Shown: piece by piece, positions 63,113 through 64,000 of the stretch | Position numbering within the stretch: position 1 is the stretch's first letter | How the letters are laid out: each line of letters starts with the position of its first letter | Assembly (NCBI GenBank): GCA_040954595.2 | Contig: CM082583.2 | Span: 2,551,060 to 2,615,059, forward strand | DNA length: 64,000 bases | Origin: Balanoglossus misakiensis | Taxonomy: Eukaryota > Animalia > Hemichordata | Direction: 5' to 3' | The notes under the pieces: model-generated | What the model saw: the letters and a program-made list of their open reading frames with translations, nothing else | What the model was told of the DNA's origin: nothing | The model's database searches: none | Position numbers and translations under genes: made by a program

Positions 63113-63935
63113 GTAAGCGAGTCAAGTTTCGTCAATTATTTCGCATACCGTTTTTGGACGCAACTTTCGTGGAACTTCAGGCAAGCAGTTTCATTGTGAA
63201 TTCCCGACGTGTCATTACTGCGGCCACGTCAGCGTTTTGTAGTTTTTTGGGCTTGGCAGTCACGTTTATTTCATCGAGGCTTTCGAACTTTCTAGAACTT
63301 TATTGAATTTACTTTTGTGCATTTTGACAACGCATAAATGTACTTTCTTTGAGTTTCCTATTTTCTCCCTTTTTCACCATTTCATTTAGAACCGTAATTT
63401 GCTGTATGTATACGCAAAGGTTATGTAATTATTCGGAACCCTCTGTGTATTAAAGAACATCGAACTTTATTCATGGTTGTGGATTACATACAAGTACGAG
63501 TGTCTCAAGTGTTTGAAGTTTGGAGTGATATTGAGTCCGTGTAGGGCCAAGAGATCCTACACCGATTATTCAAAACATGGCTGCCGTTGCTATGACAAAC
63601 GCTCACGACCATTTCCACCAGTTGTACAATAAGTACAAGCATTGTGATTTCGACAGGTGGACAAATATATTTTTCGAAATTACCGGTTTACAAAATCCCT
63701 ATGGGAGGAGAGTTTCGATACCTGAGCTATGTGTGTTTTATGTTCTCAAGCAGGGTCATGTATATGAATAACATAACTTAAAGTTAATACAAGAGAACAT
63801 TATAAATTGGAAAAACAGTAACTTATATCATAACGCAAACATTTGTCAGATATGCGTATTAGTTGTATATGAATATGACACAGCGGTAATCACTTAGTAC
63901 ATTCAGATTCCTCTATTAAAAGTTCAATCCATTCC

Positions 63936-63936
63936 G

Positions 63937-64000
<64 letters not shown>
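63936..64000. repeat. (GTT)n microsatellite running off the window
   Basis: direct inspection. Confidence 0.95.

Noticed and set aside
1-64000. CRISPR arrays, rRNA, tRNA genes, prokaryotic operons
   Set aside because: None seen: no repeat-spacer periodicity, and the DNA has spliceosomal introns. Small RNA genes could be missed without covariance search.

Overview
AT-rich eukaryotic (invertebrate animal-type) genomic DNA; the organism cannot be fixed from sequence alone. 204-31636 (+) holds the last 43 coding exons of one giant gene whose 5' end lies upstream of the window. I joined the exons by hand through phase-compatible splice sites: 8288 nt, about 2760 aa, one GC-AG intron, TAA at 31634-31636. 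The product is an uncharacterised type-I membrane protein: beta-rich region, about 11 FN3/Ig-like D-x-T-P-P repeats (one hosting an apparently non-catalytic GH16/ConA-like domain), a ZU5/GPS-like segment, two cadherin-like/tandem-95-type domains, two EGFs, a TM helix and an acidic tail. Introns and the remaining ~31 kb carry TTAA-flanked Kolobok-type MITEs, long palindromic elements with strand-specific G.A mismatches and GNA/GNNA loops, Helentron-type (HINE/DINE-like) elements, a Penelope fragment with a hammerhead ribozyme, a miniature LTR element, LINE tails and microsatellites. A probable stress-responsive promoter and first exon lies at 62.85-63.3 kb. Domain and family names come from motif recognition, not database searches.
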